Positions 38,240 to 51,896 of a DNA stretch of 64,000 nt are shown here, one piece after another; within the stretch, counting starts at the first letter, position 1, and the number at the start of each line of letters is the position of its first letter. The stretch is from positions 80,786,001 through 80,850,000 of the forward strand of contig OX597814.1 in the NCBI GenBank assembly GCA_951406725.2. Reading direction: 5' to 3'. Position numbers and translations under genes: made by a program. The notes below the pieces were generated by a model. The model had not been told where the DNA came from. It did not search any database and saw nothing but the letters and a program-made list of their open reading frames with translations. This DNA is from Octopus vulgaris (Eukaryota).

Positions 38240-38940
38240 GTGTGCATATGTGTGTGTGTGTGTGTGAGAGAGAGAGAGTGAGTGAGCGAGTGAGTGAGTG
38301 CATGTGAGAGAGAGGACGGAAAGAGAGTGGAGAGAGGGGAAGAGATTGAGAGAGAGAGTGTGTGTATGTTTGTGTGTGTGTGTGTGTGTGTGTGTGCATG
38401 TGTGAGAGAGAAAGAGAGTGGAGAGAGGGGGAGAGATTGAGAAAGAGTTTGAGAGAGAGTGTGTGTGTGAGAGTGAGTGAGAGAGAAAGGAGAAAAAGTG
38501 AGTGGAGAGAGTGGGAGAGATTGAGAGAGAGAGTGTGTGTTAGTATGTGTATCTGTGAAAGAGAGAGAGAGAGAGACATTGAAAGAGAAAGAGATTCTGT
38601 GTGTTAGTGAGTGCATGTGTGTGAGAAAGTGAGAGCAAGTGAAAGAGAGAGTGTGTGTATGCATGTGTCAGTGAGTGTGCCTGTATATGTGTGTAAGAGA
38701 AAGAGAGTAAACGTGTGTCTGTGTGTGTGTGTGAGAGAGAGAGTGAGAGAGAGTGTGTGTATGCATGTGTTGGTAAATGTGTCTGTGTGTGTGTGTGTAA
38801 GAGAAAGAGAGTACATGTATGTGTGTGTAAGACAGAGAGAGAATGGGAGTGAGAAAGAGAGAGAGAGAGTGGATATGTGTCTGAGACAAACAAATTGTAT
38901 GTGTGCATGTGAGTGTGAGTGTGTGTGTGTATGTGGTGAT
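38240..38940. repeat. (GA)/(GT) compound microsatellite with higher-order repeat
   Basis: gagtggagagag.ggg.agagattgaga recurs three times. Confidence 0.9.
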
Positions 38941-39389
38941 TGACAAAGAGATTGAAACAGCTGAGTGTCAAACTGTGAAAACTCCACTTTTTGTTGTTTA
39001 ACCCCATTTCATCTCTGTTCAAGCAGACCTATGACCAAAAGCATTTCAAACATGAGCATCTACATCTGTTTATCAGGGAGGGACAACACAGTAGTGTAAA
39101 CATAATGGGAGAGGTAGTCTTCCTCAGGATGATGCTTTTATTGAAGTGGCACTTTTGGGTCCACTGTATAAACTTGTATAACCCTTGACGACGGAGTAAT
39201 GGATCACAGATGAAGATTAATCAAATCAGGAATCAGTGCTTATATGGCTCCATCTTGCTTGCTGTAGGTGGGAGCTTGTTTCCCTTGTTAGTTATTAGAA
39301 AAGTGTTTTCACGTGGCTAAGAATTGCTTTAACTCTTATTTCTAGCAATGCTGGTGCTCACTAGCACCTTCCGTCACTTTAGTGATGAC

Positions 39390-39539
39390 TGGCTGCATGG
39401 TAAGTAGCTTGCTTACCAGCCACATGGTTCCGGGTTCAGTCCCACTGCGTGGCACCTTGGGCAAGTGTCTTCTACTATAGCCTCAGGCCTTGTAAGTGGA
39501 TTTGGTATACAGAAACTGAAAGAAGCCTGTCGTATATGC

Positions 39540-39588
<49 letters not shown>

Positions 39589-39818
39589 TGTGTGTATGTA
39601 TATGTTTGTGTGTCTGTGGTTGTACCCCCCCAACATCGCTTGACAACTGATACTGGTGTGTTTACGTCCCCGGCACTTTATCAGTTCGGCAAGAGAGCCC
39701 AATAGAATAAGTACCAGGTTTATAAAGAATAAGTCCTGGGGTCGATTTGCTTGACTAAAGGTGTTGCTCCAGCATGGCCGCAGTCAAATGACTGAAACAA
39801 ATAAAAGAATAAAAGAAT
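39390..39818 (+). mobile_element. SINE family A, well preserved
   Basis: Head, (TG)n centre and tail with aataaaag repeats. Confidence 0.9.
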
Positions 39819-40119
39819 ATATATATTAAAGTAATAAAGTTAATATTTGGTCATAAAGTGACCAATGGTTCTGCATCCACGACAGCCGTAGCTTTGTGGA
39901 CAACTCATTAGGCTCTAGTCCATAGACAAATTTAACACTTCACTTCTCAGAGGTGGAAAATTGTCATGGTCATTGGTCAAATGGTCATCAGAGAATTAAT
40001 AAGTCCAGCGTTAGTGAGAATGGGTTATCTCCCTTAGACTAGCTATTTGGAGAGGGGAGTAAGGGATCTTATCCCTTGGTCTGCTAATGGATCGTAAGGA
40101 CTCTTTCAATCTTAGTCAG

Positions 40120-41030
40120 CAAAGAGGAATCCCATGTTTGCAGCAGGTAGCACTTGAAATGGTTGCATGGTGTAAAGATTTCTTGGCAAGTATTCAGTGA
40201 TCCAGTTCTCAGGGTGTCTTTAAGTATCCTAGCTCACTCAACTATGCAGAGCTGACAGCATACGCCCCCATTGATGTAGGGAGCCCAACCTTTCTAAGAT
40301 CTTACACTTGATATCGTATGGAGTCCCTTCATCTTTGAGGCACCACACATGGCTGGCCAGGGATGTAACAAATCATCTTTCTGGAACCCTAAAGGAGGCT
40401 GTACAAGCATCACTTGAATGCCATACCAGCTGATCTGATGTATTTCTACTTGGGTGTTGGCTGTGTTTACATTACTGGTGCATCTTTGGTTGGCTCTGGG
40501 CCTGGGGATGTTGTTGTTGCTACCGGCGTTGTTGGGGCTGCAATCAGTGCTATTACCACCATAACTCATGGGTCCAGTGATGCGGTTGTGGCTGCTGTCA
40601 TTGTGGTGGTAGTCCCTGGTTTACAGGGTTGGCACTATTGCTATCAGTGGTGATGTGGGTGCCATTGGCAATATGAGTACCATTGATGGTAATGTTGGAT
40701 GTGGGGCCAGTAGCTTCACTGGTTCTGTTGGTGTCAGCATGGTCATCTTCTTTGGCTGTAGTGCTGGTACTGGGGTCATCATGCTGCTATTACCGTACCC
40801 CACACCATCACTAGGCCTGGGTGTCACGACAGTTTCATAGATGATTCCCTTGGCCCCACACAGGTTATCCACTAGACTGTCATTGTATACCCTGCAAGAG
40901 CAACCTGCCACTTCCAGTGTTTTATGGGCATTAGCTAATATATTTTTCATGTTGGCTACACAACTAAAGGAGACCCTTAGTTTGTGCCTGTTGAATAAAG
41001 GTCTGTATTTATGTGTCTGTGTGACATGTT
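40120..41030 (-). pseudogene. Penelope-like element C-terminal linker + GIY-YIG remnant
   Basis: Reads LFNRHKLRVSFSCVANMKNI, CSCR...LC, GIIY, KYIR...FK, SLASHVWCLK, CQLCIVE and PCNH. Confidence 0.75.
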
Positions 41031-41815
41031 TGACCTGAGGAATATCCTTCTCATGCAAGTTTTGACATTGAATGAGAAGTGTAGAGCAAATCAAATCACA
41101 TTTTGGCAACACTTCCTTCATATATATATATACTTTTATTCTTTTATTCATTTACTTGTTTCAGTCATCTGGCTATGGCCATGCTGGAGCACCACCTTTA
41201 GTCAAGCAAATTGGCTTTGCCTTTCATCCTTTTGGTGGGGGGGTCAATAAAATAAGTACCAGTTGAAGAACGGGATCAATGTAATTGATATACCCCACTC
41301 CACAAGCTTACTGACCATGTGCCAAAATTTGAAATCAATATATTCAGGAGGATTATATTATTCAGTGTGTTCTTTATACACACACACAAATATAGTGAAA
41401 AAATATTTAATAAAAGAAGGAAAATGCACATAATTTATATAATTTTAATATATTTTAAGGATAGACTATTATGATAGTCGACATTGGAATTGGTGAAAAT
41501 ATTTCAATTTTGTATTTTTTTAAGGAATTTTTAGTCCATGTTGCTTGTATGAGAGCAACTGATCTATTTGATCAGTTGTCAGTTGGGAACCTCTATGCTG
41601 TTAGTTATTCACTCTGCTCAAAATAACAGCCAGATATCTCACCTCAAATCAGGCCCCAACCATCAGTAAAAAAAAACAAAACAAAAGGAGAATGAAAGAA
41701 ATTGAATAAAAAAATGGGATGGTAATGGCTGGAGCTTTTTTTTTTTATCAAGATTGGCCTAGCCCTAAACAATAATAGCAACAACAACCAATCAACATCT
41801 CACTTTGGTCTTTAA

Positions 41816-42036
41816 CCCTTTTGTTACTGTATTTATTTCGAGATACTCTATGTTTCTCTCAATTATTTTAGACATGACAAAGAATTTTGTAAAATAACTT
41901 AGTTATCATTCAGCTAGTGTTAGGAACAGTAATTGTGACTAAGGTTTGGTGGAAGATTTTAATTCAAAATTTATGAAAACAAGACATTTGTACTACAGAG
42001 CTATAGCTGGTTTCAACCAGGTTGGTATCAAAAGGG
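41816..42036. mobile_element. piggyBac-type MITE (221 bp)
   Basis: TTAA|cccttttgttac ... gtatcaaaaggg|TTAA. Confidence 0.9.
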
Positions 42037-42465
42037 TTAATATTATGTTACAATATAAAGGTGGCACACTAGCAGAATCATTAACCTTTTGTTTGTCACT
42101 ACATTTTGAGTTCAAATTCTGCCAAGGTCAGCTTTGCTTTTCATCCTTTTGAGGTTGATAAAATAAGTACCAGCTGAGTACTGGGCTGATATAATTGACC
42201 AGACCCCCTCCTCAGAAATTGTTGCCCATGTGCCAAAATTTGAAACTAGTATAATGTTATAAAATATTTGTTTTCATTCCCCTGACTATGCCAGATTTCC
42301 AGCCAATTGTTTACAGAGACAAATGAAAGGAACCAAGTGACAAAGTGTCGCATTAATAAATATAGCAGTATTTAGATTCATTTAGTTCTGAATTTAGGAA
42401 TAACTTTGCCTTTCATACCCTACTACATGCTAAGATCAACTAAAATAAGTTACATTAATACATTC

Positions 42466-42511
<46 letters not shown>

Positions 42512-43697
42512 TGTGTGGGTGTGTGTGTGTGTGTGTGTGTGTGAGTGTGAATTTGTGTGTGTGTGTGTGTGTCTAAGTGTGAATTTGTGTGTGTGTGTGT
42601 GTGTGTGTGTAGTCATTTCAATCAACTATAGTTTGAACGCCTACAAGAGTAGACTTTGTGCCTAATCAAAAGAAATCAATATTCTACATTTCATAATTTG
42701 GAATTCTATGAAAATGTTCAACTGATTTGATTTATATTATATTATATCACAGTTTGTGAACTAAAGTGTCATTAGTTACATGTAGCCAATGAGCTTCTTG
42801 AAATAATGGACACCTGCTTGGGCATTAAATTCTTCAGTGAACGCTTTTCTCTCTCTCTCTCAGCTTTTTCCTAGCACTCTTACAAACAACTTACACAACT
42901 CTCATAAGCCATTCATCTTCACTCAGTTTTCTTAGTTAATTACACAGTGAATAATATGCTTCACCAGGAATTTCTACATGTATGCATGAGTTTCTCATTC
43001 AAAATAAAACACATGCACACACACAACTGATAGCCAGAATATGCAACTTCTGTGTGTGTGTGTGGTTTCAAATTTTTAAAGCACATAGAATCATCTGTTT
43101 CAACAATATGGTTAACACATTGCATATTTATTTGAAATACCTTGAAATTTTACCACCACCCACCCAAGTCACATATATATATAATGGGTTTTCTGTTAGA
43201 TTTTGTAACAACTCATATGTCTGTTTCCAGTTTGTGTTGAAATGGCAGTTAGACATTCTATTCATTCGTTAAATGAATTCAAAGGAAGATGTGTCAATAA
43301 AATTCTGTGCCAATTATTTATAGGTATTGCATTATAGGCATCAATTCTTTATGATTAAATGCTGTGCTAGACGATATAAACTGATCTCTTTTCAGTTATT
43401 ATTAAATTATGAATATTTCATATTTCTTTACACATTTGCCTTTGTACTTTTAAGTATATAGTGCTAAGATTTTGTTCTTTGTGTGCTGATGTGATGCATT
43501 AAATTACAGTTAAAATATCAACACACACATACATATATAACACTATTAATGAAGTTGATTATCCTTTTGTTGTGCCTGTGGTTGTATGGATCTGAATATA
43601 TATGTATGAATATCTGTGTATGAATATGCATGGTATATGTGTTTGTAAATATATATGCTTGTATGTGTGTATTTATGTATATATGTATGTGTATATA

Positions 43698-43742
<45 letters not shown>

Positions 43743-43841
43743 TGTTAAGTAGATGGATATACATACATACAAATATATAATGTATAAATATGTGTGTGGT
43801 GTGTGTGTGTGTGGTGAGTTTGTGTGTGTGTGTGTGTGTGT

Positions 43842-44055
43842 AAGGGGGTACTGACAAGTTTCTGGCTATAAGGGTATCACAAAAGACCTGGTTGGAGGCC
43901 CAACCTTCTGAGTTCTTTTACAGGGCTTAGAAAAACTGTAGGACCTCTGCAATAAGTGTGTTAATTTGAGGGGAATATGTTGAACAAAATAATTATTAAC
44001 TGCTCCTCCTGTATTTTCTTTTACCCAAAGCCAGAAACTTTTCAACACCCCCTTG
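43842..44055. mobile_element. mariner-derived MITE
   Basis: TIR aagggggtactgacaagtttctggct vs aagggggtgttgaaaagtttctggct. The interior resembles a mariner C-terminus (GLEKL*DLCNKCV). A lone end lies at 56790-56824. Confidence 0.75.
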
Positions 44056-44254
44056 TATATACATTGTTGTTGCTGTTGTTGTTTGTTTCTTCTTGAGCCA
44101 TGCCTGGCTCATAAGGGCCAGTTTCCCAGTTTCATTGGCATATAGATTCTCCACCTGGACAGGATGCCGGTCTATCACTCTTGCATATACATACAGTACC
44201 AAATTCACTCATAAGGCTTTGGTTGACCAAACCTTGCGAGCAAATATGGTATAT

Positions 44255-44540
44255 GATGGTTCAGTTGTTAGGGTATTCAGCTCATAATCGTAAGGTCATG
44301 AGTTTGATTCCCAAGGGTATGTTGCATCCTTGAGCAAGACATTTTATTTTTCTCATTGCTCCAGTCCATTCATCTGTCAAAATTGAGTGGTGCCTGTATT
44401 TCAAAGGGCCAGCATTATCTCATTCTGTGTCAAGTTCAATCTCCCTGCTCAGCCAATTGCATTTTAATTTCATGAGCAGGCTGTTCCATTTATTGGATCA
44501 ACTTAAAACACTTGTCATCATAACAGATGGAGAGCCAAGC
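44255..44540 (+). mobile_element. Old tRNA-derived SINE
   Basis: Head tggttcagttgttagggt...gagtttgattcc...ttgagcaagacatttt...ttgctccagtcc is shared with 51521 and 23680. Confidence 0.6.
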
Positions 44541-45712
44541 CATAATTTCTCAGTAAAAGGGAATGAGTCTGTCCAATGCTTGCTGTAGAGTATATTCTTT
44601 ATTTGAATTGATTTCTTTTTACTTATTGTCATACCACTAAAATCATCAAAACTGCTTTGTTTTAATCATTTGGGTATATTTTATATAAAATTACATACTC
44701 GTATTTCACCTGTGTTTTTCCTATAAGAATTCTGTTCCTTAGAGAATATAAGTCAATACCTGGATGCAGTAACTAATCCTTATTGAGTTCTAAACTCGGT
44801 CCTACTTTCTCAGTTTCATATGTCAAGTACAAGTTTACGTTTGCAAATACTGCTGTCTAATGTTGGTAGCAGATCACAAATGGACCCATTACTTCACTGG
44901 TATTTTATTTTATCAATCCTGGTAAATTAAAAGACAAAGCACACCTTAGCAGGTATTTAATTCAGAATGTGAATGACTATAATTAAACATCACAAGCTGC
45001 TTTGGCCAATGCAGTTCACTACTTTCCAAATATGTCATGTCATCTTACTTTTTTCTCCTCACACATCAAATACCAAATATCTTTAAGATGATGAGGATAA
45101 TAAATTATGTCACACTCTGTACTAACAATGGATGAAAGCAGCAAATGTATATGGAAACAAGGATAGAAAAAAATTGGAGAAATGGTACACAATTACAAAT
45201 GCAAATAACAGGACATAACAACAGGTCTCTTTTGACTAAAGACAAATTAAATTAAGCTGGTGTGTGTAGAAGTGAAGTCTTACAGCAGGGACATAAGAGA
45301 TGACAGGCATGGGGAGGAATATAGATGCTGCACAGATGGTAATCGAACCAAGAAAGAAAGGTCAGACTTGGCCGAAAACTGGTCACGTGGAGAGAGGTAG
45401 AAGCAGAAAGATAAAAGAATTAGTGAGGGATGAGAAAATAAGAAAAGGGACAGACTGAAGTGAAAGCCAAGGGAAGGAGAGAATGAATAGAAAGCCAGGA
45501 AATGTGAGAGTGGGGGAATGAAAGAAAGAAGAGTGGAAAGAGTGAAGTAAGTGTGAAGGGGCTGATAGGAAAAAGAAAGAATGAAAGAATAAAAGAGTCA
45601 TACAAAATTTATATATATATATATATATATATAAGTAAGTATATATGTATACATATATATACATATATATATTTTCCTCATCTTCCCTTCCTTGGATCTT
45701 TCCCTTTTCTAT

Positions 45713-45747
45713 GTATCAGATGAAGAGCTCCACTCGAAACATTAAAT
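45713..45747 (+). ncRNA. Decayed hammerhead motif (Penelope-like fragment 45670-45850)
   Basis: cAGATGA-a-gag(ctcca)ctc-GAAA-ca-tt. The core has a U>A change. Downstream sequence resembles the reverse complement of 34670-34740. Confidence 0.4.
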
Positions 45748-46412
45748 CTTCCTTCTTTCTTTCCTTTCCTGAGCATCCAATAACACTATATTTGTTCCAC
45801 GTCCTCGTGTTGTTGTGTTTTCTCTTTGTGCTTTCATGTTTGGGTTCACGATATAATTTAGCTTTAAGAATAAACATTAACAAACTATAGAATATCTTTA
45901 CACTATCTATACTCTAATATTTTAATTCACAAACTATCTTACAAAACAATTACACTAAATATATCTAGATTTTAGTTCACATATAATAATTATAAAATAA
46001 TAAATTATAAAACTATAAAATTATAAAATTAACTAAAAGTACATATCTAAATTATAATTAACAAATATAGCAATTAGAAATCCATATTTTTTCAATCAAT
46101 AATCATATAAATAAATAAATAAGTTACTCTATTATTACTTAAAAAAATATTTTACATATCATTCTGAAAATATTTATGAAATAAAAAATAAAAAATAAAA
46201 AATTCCAAAACTAAAAATTTATTACTTATCGTTTATCAAATTATTTGTGAAAAAAGTACTTATTATTATTATTAAATTCAATAGTACTAAACAATCGCAC
46301 ACCGATTTTCCACATATGTAGTATATACATATATATATGTGTGTGTGTGGGGGGGTGTTTGCGTTTGTGTGTGTATTTATATATATATATATTATATATA
46401 TATATCTATCTA

Positions 46413-46463
<51 letters not shown>

Positions 46464-46492
46464 ATATATATATATATATATGTGTGTGTATG

Positions 46493-46535
<43 letters not shown>

Positions 46536-46564
46536 ATATATATATATATATATTTATATATGTG

Positions 46565-46655
<91 letters not shown>

Positions 46656-46678
46656 TATACATATACATATACATACAT

Positions 46679-46910
46679 ATGAGAAATCTGCGGTTACTCT
46701 ATCCAGATTACAAGTTCAGGTTTATACCTATAATTATTGGGGCCCTGGGATATGTAACACACTGCCTAAATACCAATCTTGAGAAGCTAGACTTCTCGAA
46801 ACCATAGGAGAAATCTAATTCAAAGACTACAGATCCTGTCCTAAAATTTCCAGAAGTTTATTATTTAAATATATATGAGCATGTCTAGATATGCAACTAT
46901 ATGCATGTGA
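46679..46910 (+). mobile_element. 3' end of an RLE-type retrotransposon between (TA)n and (TACA)n
   Basis: Reads [30 protein letters not shown], followed by a short UTR and (TACA)n. Confidence 0.75.
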
Positions 46911-47464
46911 ATACATACATACATACATGCATGCATGCATGCATACATACATACATACATACATACATACATACATACATACATACATAAGTACATACAT
47001 ACATACATACATACATACATACATACATACATACATACATACATACATACATACATACATAAGTATGCATACATGATATATATACAATCACACATATCCA
47101 GATTGATAAAAGTACAGCTGCATAACTCAATGTTAATTCACCTAATTTACATGTACAGTGTCATCTTGTTGCAGGTGCATATGAAATACTATTCATTTTG
47201 TCAAATTCTGTCTTCTACATTATTTTAGTGTTGACTCTTCTGTATTATTTCGCTTTGTTTATTTCTTAACATATTCTATTCCATGTAGGTGTGAATGCGT
47301 GTGTGTATTAAAAAGGGTAATAGAAGACTATATCAGCAATATTCAATTACTACAGTTGTTTCAATAAGTTTTATGCAACATTATAATAATAACCATATTT
47401 ATGTAATTATATAATTGCAATATATTTATATATTGGATTGGCAACTGAGAGCAAAGTTAGACAT

Positions 47465-48305
47465 AAGATCAGATGTGGGGTGCAAGAGAGACGACTGCAC
47501 CGGTATGGTCATGTGTTGTGTATAGACGAAAACAGTTGTGTAAAGAAGTGTCACACCCTAACTGTGGAGGGAACCTGTGGAAGAGGTAGACCCACGAAGA
47601 CATGGGATGAGGTGGTGAAGCATAACCTTCGAATGTTGGGCCTCACAGAGGCAATGACAAGCGATTGAGACCTTTGGAGATATGCTGTGCCTGAGAAGAC
47701 CCAGCAAGCCAAGTGAGACCATAGCCATGGCCTATGCCAGTGTCACATAACCGGCCCATGTAAGAGTACACTTCAATCATTGAGCAATAAGCTATGCTTG
47801 AGAAAACCTGTTGAGTCAAGTGAAATCATTGTCGTGACTGATGCCTGTACTGCCTGGTTAGCACTTGTACTGGTGGCATGTAAAAACCACCATTCAAGCA
47901 TGGTTGATGCCAGTCCGGCAGGACTGGTTCCTATGTTGGTGGCATGTAAAATGCACCCTACGAACAGATCGATGCCAGTGCCACCTGACTGGTCCCATGT
48001 CACTGGCACATAAAAAGTACCATTCAAGCGTGGTCGTTACCAGAGTAACCTGACTGGCTCCCATGCTGGGGGCATGTAAAAAGCACCATTCAAGCGTGGT
48101 GAAGCCAGTACCACCTTGTGCCAGTGGCACATAAAAAACACCCACTACACTCTCAGAGTTGTTGGCATTAAGAAGGGCATCCAGCTGTAGAAACCATGCC
48201 AGATCAGATTAGAGTCTGGTGCAGCCTTCTGGCTTACCAGTCCTCAGTCAAATCGTCCAACCTTTGCCAGCATGGAAAGCAGACGTTAAATGATATTGAT
48301 GATGT
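47465..48305 (+). mobile_element. Older RTE 3' fragment with expanded 3' UTR minisatellite
   Basis: Reads IRCGVQERRLH.YGHV...GRGRP.KTWDEVV. Repeated gtggcatgtaaaa units and a decayed (GAT)n tail. Confidence 0.88.
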
Positions 48306-48840
48306 GTTAAATGAACAATAAATACAGCTAACTTCATGCCTTAATGTGCTACTGGCAGCATGTAACCCAGTACAAGATGTCACAAGGTCAAGCTGTCAGT
48401 AACTAAACCAGCAAACTACCAAACTTGGTTGGTAAGGAGAGTGGTTTCCTCTAAACACTTTGCAGAATGGGAAGCAAAACCTGTCAAAGGACAGATGAAC
48501 TCAATAGAGTCAACAGCTGTCCAACAACTAGGTGTGAGAGATTGACAGTCTATGTCTAGACATCTCTCTAGGAGGAGGAAATTTGGAAGAAACACCCACT
48601 TCATTGTGAAGCCAGAGGTCTTGCTCTTGTTTGTTTCTAGACTACATGGATTTGTAGATGAGAGTCTTAGGGGTGTTTTTTCAAGCTATTATTTCAGCAA
48701 AGGCATTGCTGACAGTCATTGTCTTTAACATTTAGTATAACATAATTTGTTAGTGATGGTCATATGTGTCTAGGACTTGACAGGTACTATGTATGTGTGT
48801 ATATATGCAGTTTTGAATACAGTGGAAGATAGAAAATAAT

Positions 48841-49197
48841 TGTGTGTGGTAAGAAGCTTGCTTCCCAACCACATAGTTCTGAGTTCAGTCCCGCTGCATG
48901 ACCTTAGGCAAGTGTCTTCTACTGTAGCCTTGGGCTAACCAAAGCCTTCTGAGTAGATTTGGTAGAGAGAAACTGAAAGAACTCCATCCCTCTCTCTCTC
49001 TTTCGGAGAGGCACAAGCACCTACACGCACATATACACACACGGCAGTAACTTCCACCTACCGAATTCAATCACAAAGCTCCGGTCAGCTCGGGGCTATA
49101 GTGAAAGACACCTACCCAAAGTGCCACGCAGTGGAACTGAACCCGAAACCATGTAGCTAGGAAGCAAGCTCCCTAACCACACAGCCATGCCCACGCC
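48841..49197. mobile_element. Two SINE A 5' halves in inverted (converging) orientation
   Basis: 48841-48985 (+) and 49050-49197 (-). Confidence 0.85.
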
Positions 49198-49199
49198 TA

Positions 49200-49230
<31 letters not shown>

Positions 49231-49427
49231 CTACAAAATTAGAGAATGGAGAAACATACTTAAATCAGTAAAACATCAACTATCCGATGATACTCAATCC
49301 ATACTTTAATACACCATTACATATGAGTAAAGGCAATATATAAAATGAAATGAGATATACAGTAATAGTAAAAGTAAAAAGATAAAGAGATATAAGTAAA
49401 AAATTTCAAATATAATATGCAAATAAA

Positions 49428-49548
49428 TCAAAACTGACAGCTGTTTCGGCAGTGAGGACAGTCATACCTCATTTAACCTATAAGCCATAAAGGCAGGTAT
49501 AAATGAGGCATTAACAAGGATGCCCCACGGCCTCTTCAGAGAATTAAA
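49428..49548 (-). ncRNA. Hammerhead ribozyme motif with a very long stem II
   Basis: ct-CTGAAGA-ggc...(~85-nt hairpin including atgcctcattta/taaatgaggtat)...gcc-GAAA-cagctg-TC-ag. The core is intact, stem III is palindromic and the triplet is GUC. Confidence 0.7.
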
Positions 49549-49894
49549 TTAAATTTGTTATAATAGTGAAAAATATTATATAATCATATACATATAAATA
49601 TAAAAATATAAAAATGTAAAATATAAAAACTTATACATCATAATGCTACACTTATATAATATAATACACATTTGTACAAAAAGGAAGGTAAACAGAACAA
49701 AATAAAACAAAATATATAACAGTGTATATATTAATATTAATAAGTACCGATATTATACATATTTGGCTAATAGTTTTTTTTAAAAAAAAAAAAAAAAAAA
49801 AAGGGGGCTAACACATATGGAGATGAAAAATAATAATTAAATCCGTGGTACAGTTCATAAAATTCTAAAGCTATAAAAGTTAATAAAAATTACT

Positions 49895-49952
<58 letters not shown>

Positions 49953-50045
49953 TAATAAAAATAGATACAGTTAAGTTAGCACCAAAGCAGTATATTGGAT
50001 ATATATTATCCCATGGTGGGTTGAATTTTCAACCCCTATCTCATT

Positions 50046-50117
<72 letters not shown>

Positions 50118-50164
50118 CTGCCTAATAGTGGTTTTATCTCTAATTTAATATAATATATATATAT

Positions 50165-50478
<314 letters not shown>

Positions 50479-51068
50479 ACTATTTCAGAGTTAAATTATC
50501 TATCTAGATATTAAATCATATTTGCTTGCAGTACTCTTCTAGCAGCTGCAGATAAATATAATTTGTACAAAATATATTGAGAGTATATACTAGAAAACTG
50601 TCTTTATTCAAATTTCTCATTTAAAAGTTATCTTGTTAGAAAGTTAGTATGACATTATAAATACCTGGGAGTTAGATAATTATTTATTCATTGTTTCACT
50701 TTTAAATATATTTATACTTCTAAATTATTTTAGTATTATGATCTATAAATTAGACTTAATTTTTATGATACTTGATATATGTTTAAACATCTAAAAATTT
50801 ACAATCCAAATTAATGTAAATGATAATCCAAATTATGAGGCGTAAACCTGAAGATTTTTTTTTAAACATAAATAAATTTAAATGTGAAACAATAAATAAT
50901 TGTTCTATCATCTATGGTATTTGGAACCATGCATAATTTTTTTAAAGTTATGAGTTTTAAAAATGGAATTTTAATAAAGGTAGTTTTAAATACATGCAGT
51001 TTATCTATCTCTATATGTGCATACATATGTGTGTGTATGTATACACACACACACACATATAAACACAC

Positions 51069-51152
<84 letters not shown>

Positions 51153-51520
51153 CATCATCATCCTCCAGTGTTTTAAATCCGGGTTTTGTCTCTGTTAACA
51201 AGGGTGGCTGGATCTACCTCAATGCCATAGCAAGCAAGGTAGGCAGGTGCAGCCCACCCCAACGTTTGTGCTGGCTTGTGCCTACTCTCTTTTGCGATCA
51301 TAAGGCTTTTTTGGAGCTGGATTTTCTGCAGAGAGCATGCCCTTGCTTACCCCCAACCTCAGTTTCTAGACATGAGTGGTCCCAAGACCAAGGCCTCTAC
51401 CATGATTTTTAAGAAATGCGGTGGAAAACTAGCTCAGGAAGGCAGGGACACTACTCCTGGAGACCCCTTTCAGAGCTCCCCTACATATACACACACACAC
51501 ACGCACACATATATATATAT

Positions 51521-51850
51521 ATGGTTCAGTGGTTAGAGTGTCAGGCTCGCAATTATGAGGTAGTGAGTTTGACTCCTAGACCGGACTGTGTTTTGTGTGG
51601 TCTTGAGTAAGACACTTTATTTTACGTTGCTCCAGTTCACTCAGCTGTAGAAATGAGTTGCAACATCACTGGTTCCAAGCTGTATCAGCCTTTGCCTTTC
51701 TCTTGGATAACATCGGTGGTGTGGAAAGGGGAGGGTGGTATGTATGGGTGACTACTGGTTTTCCATAAACAACCTTGCCCAGACTTGTACCTTGCAGGGT
51801 AGATTTCTAGGTGCAATTCCATGGTCATTCATGACCACAGGAGGTTTTTA
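51521..51850 (+). mobile_element. tRNA-derived SINE family E
   Basis: A box tggttcagtggttagag and B-box-like gagtttgactcc, followed by a distinct body. Confidence 0.7.
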
Positions 51851-51854
51851 TCCA

Positions 51855-51896
<42 letters not shown>

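Noticed and set aside
39878-39925. Possible hammerhead downstream of the 40.1-41.0 kb Penelope fragment
   Set aside because: Both core boxes deviate (CTAATGA, and AAAG instead of GAAA).
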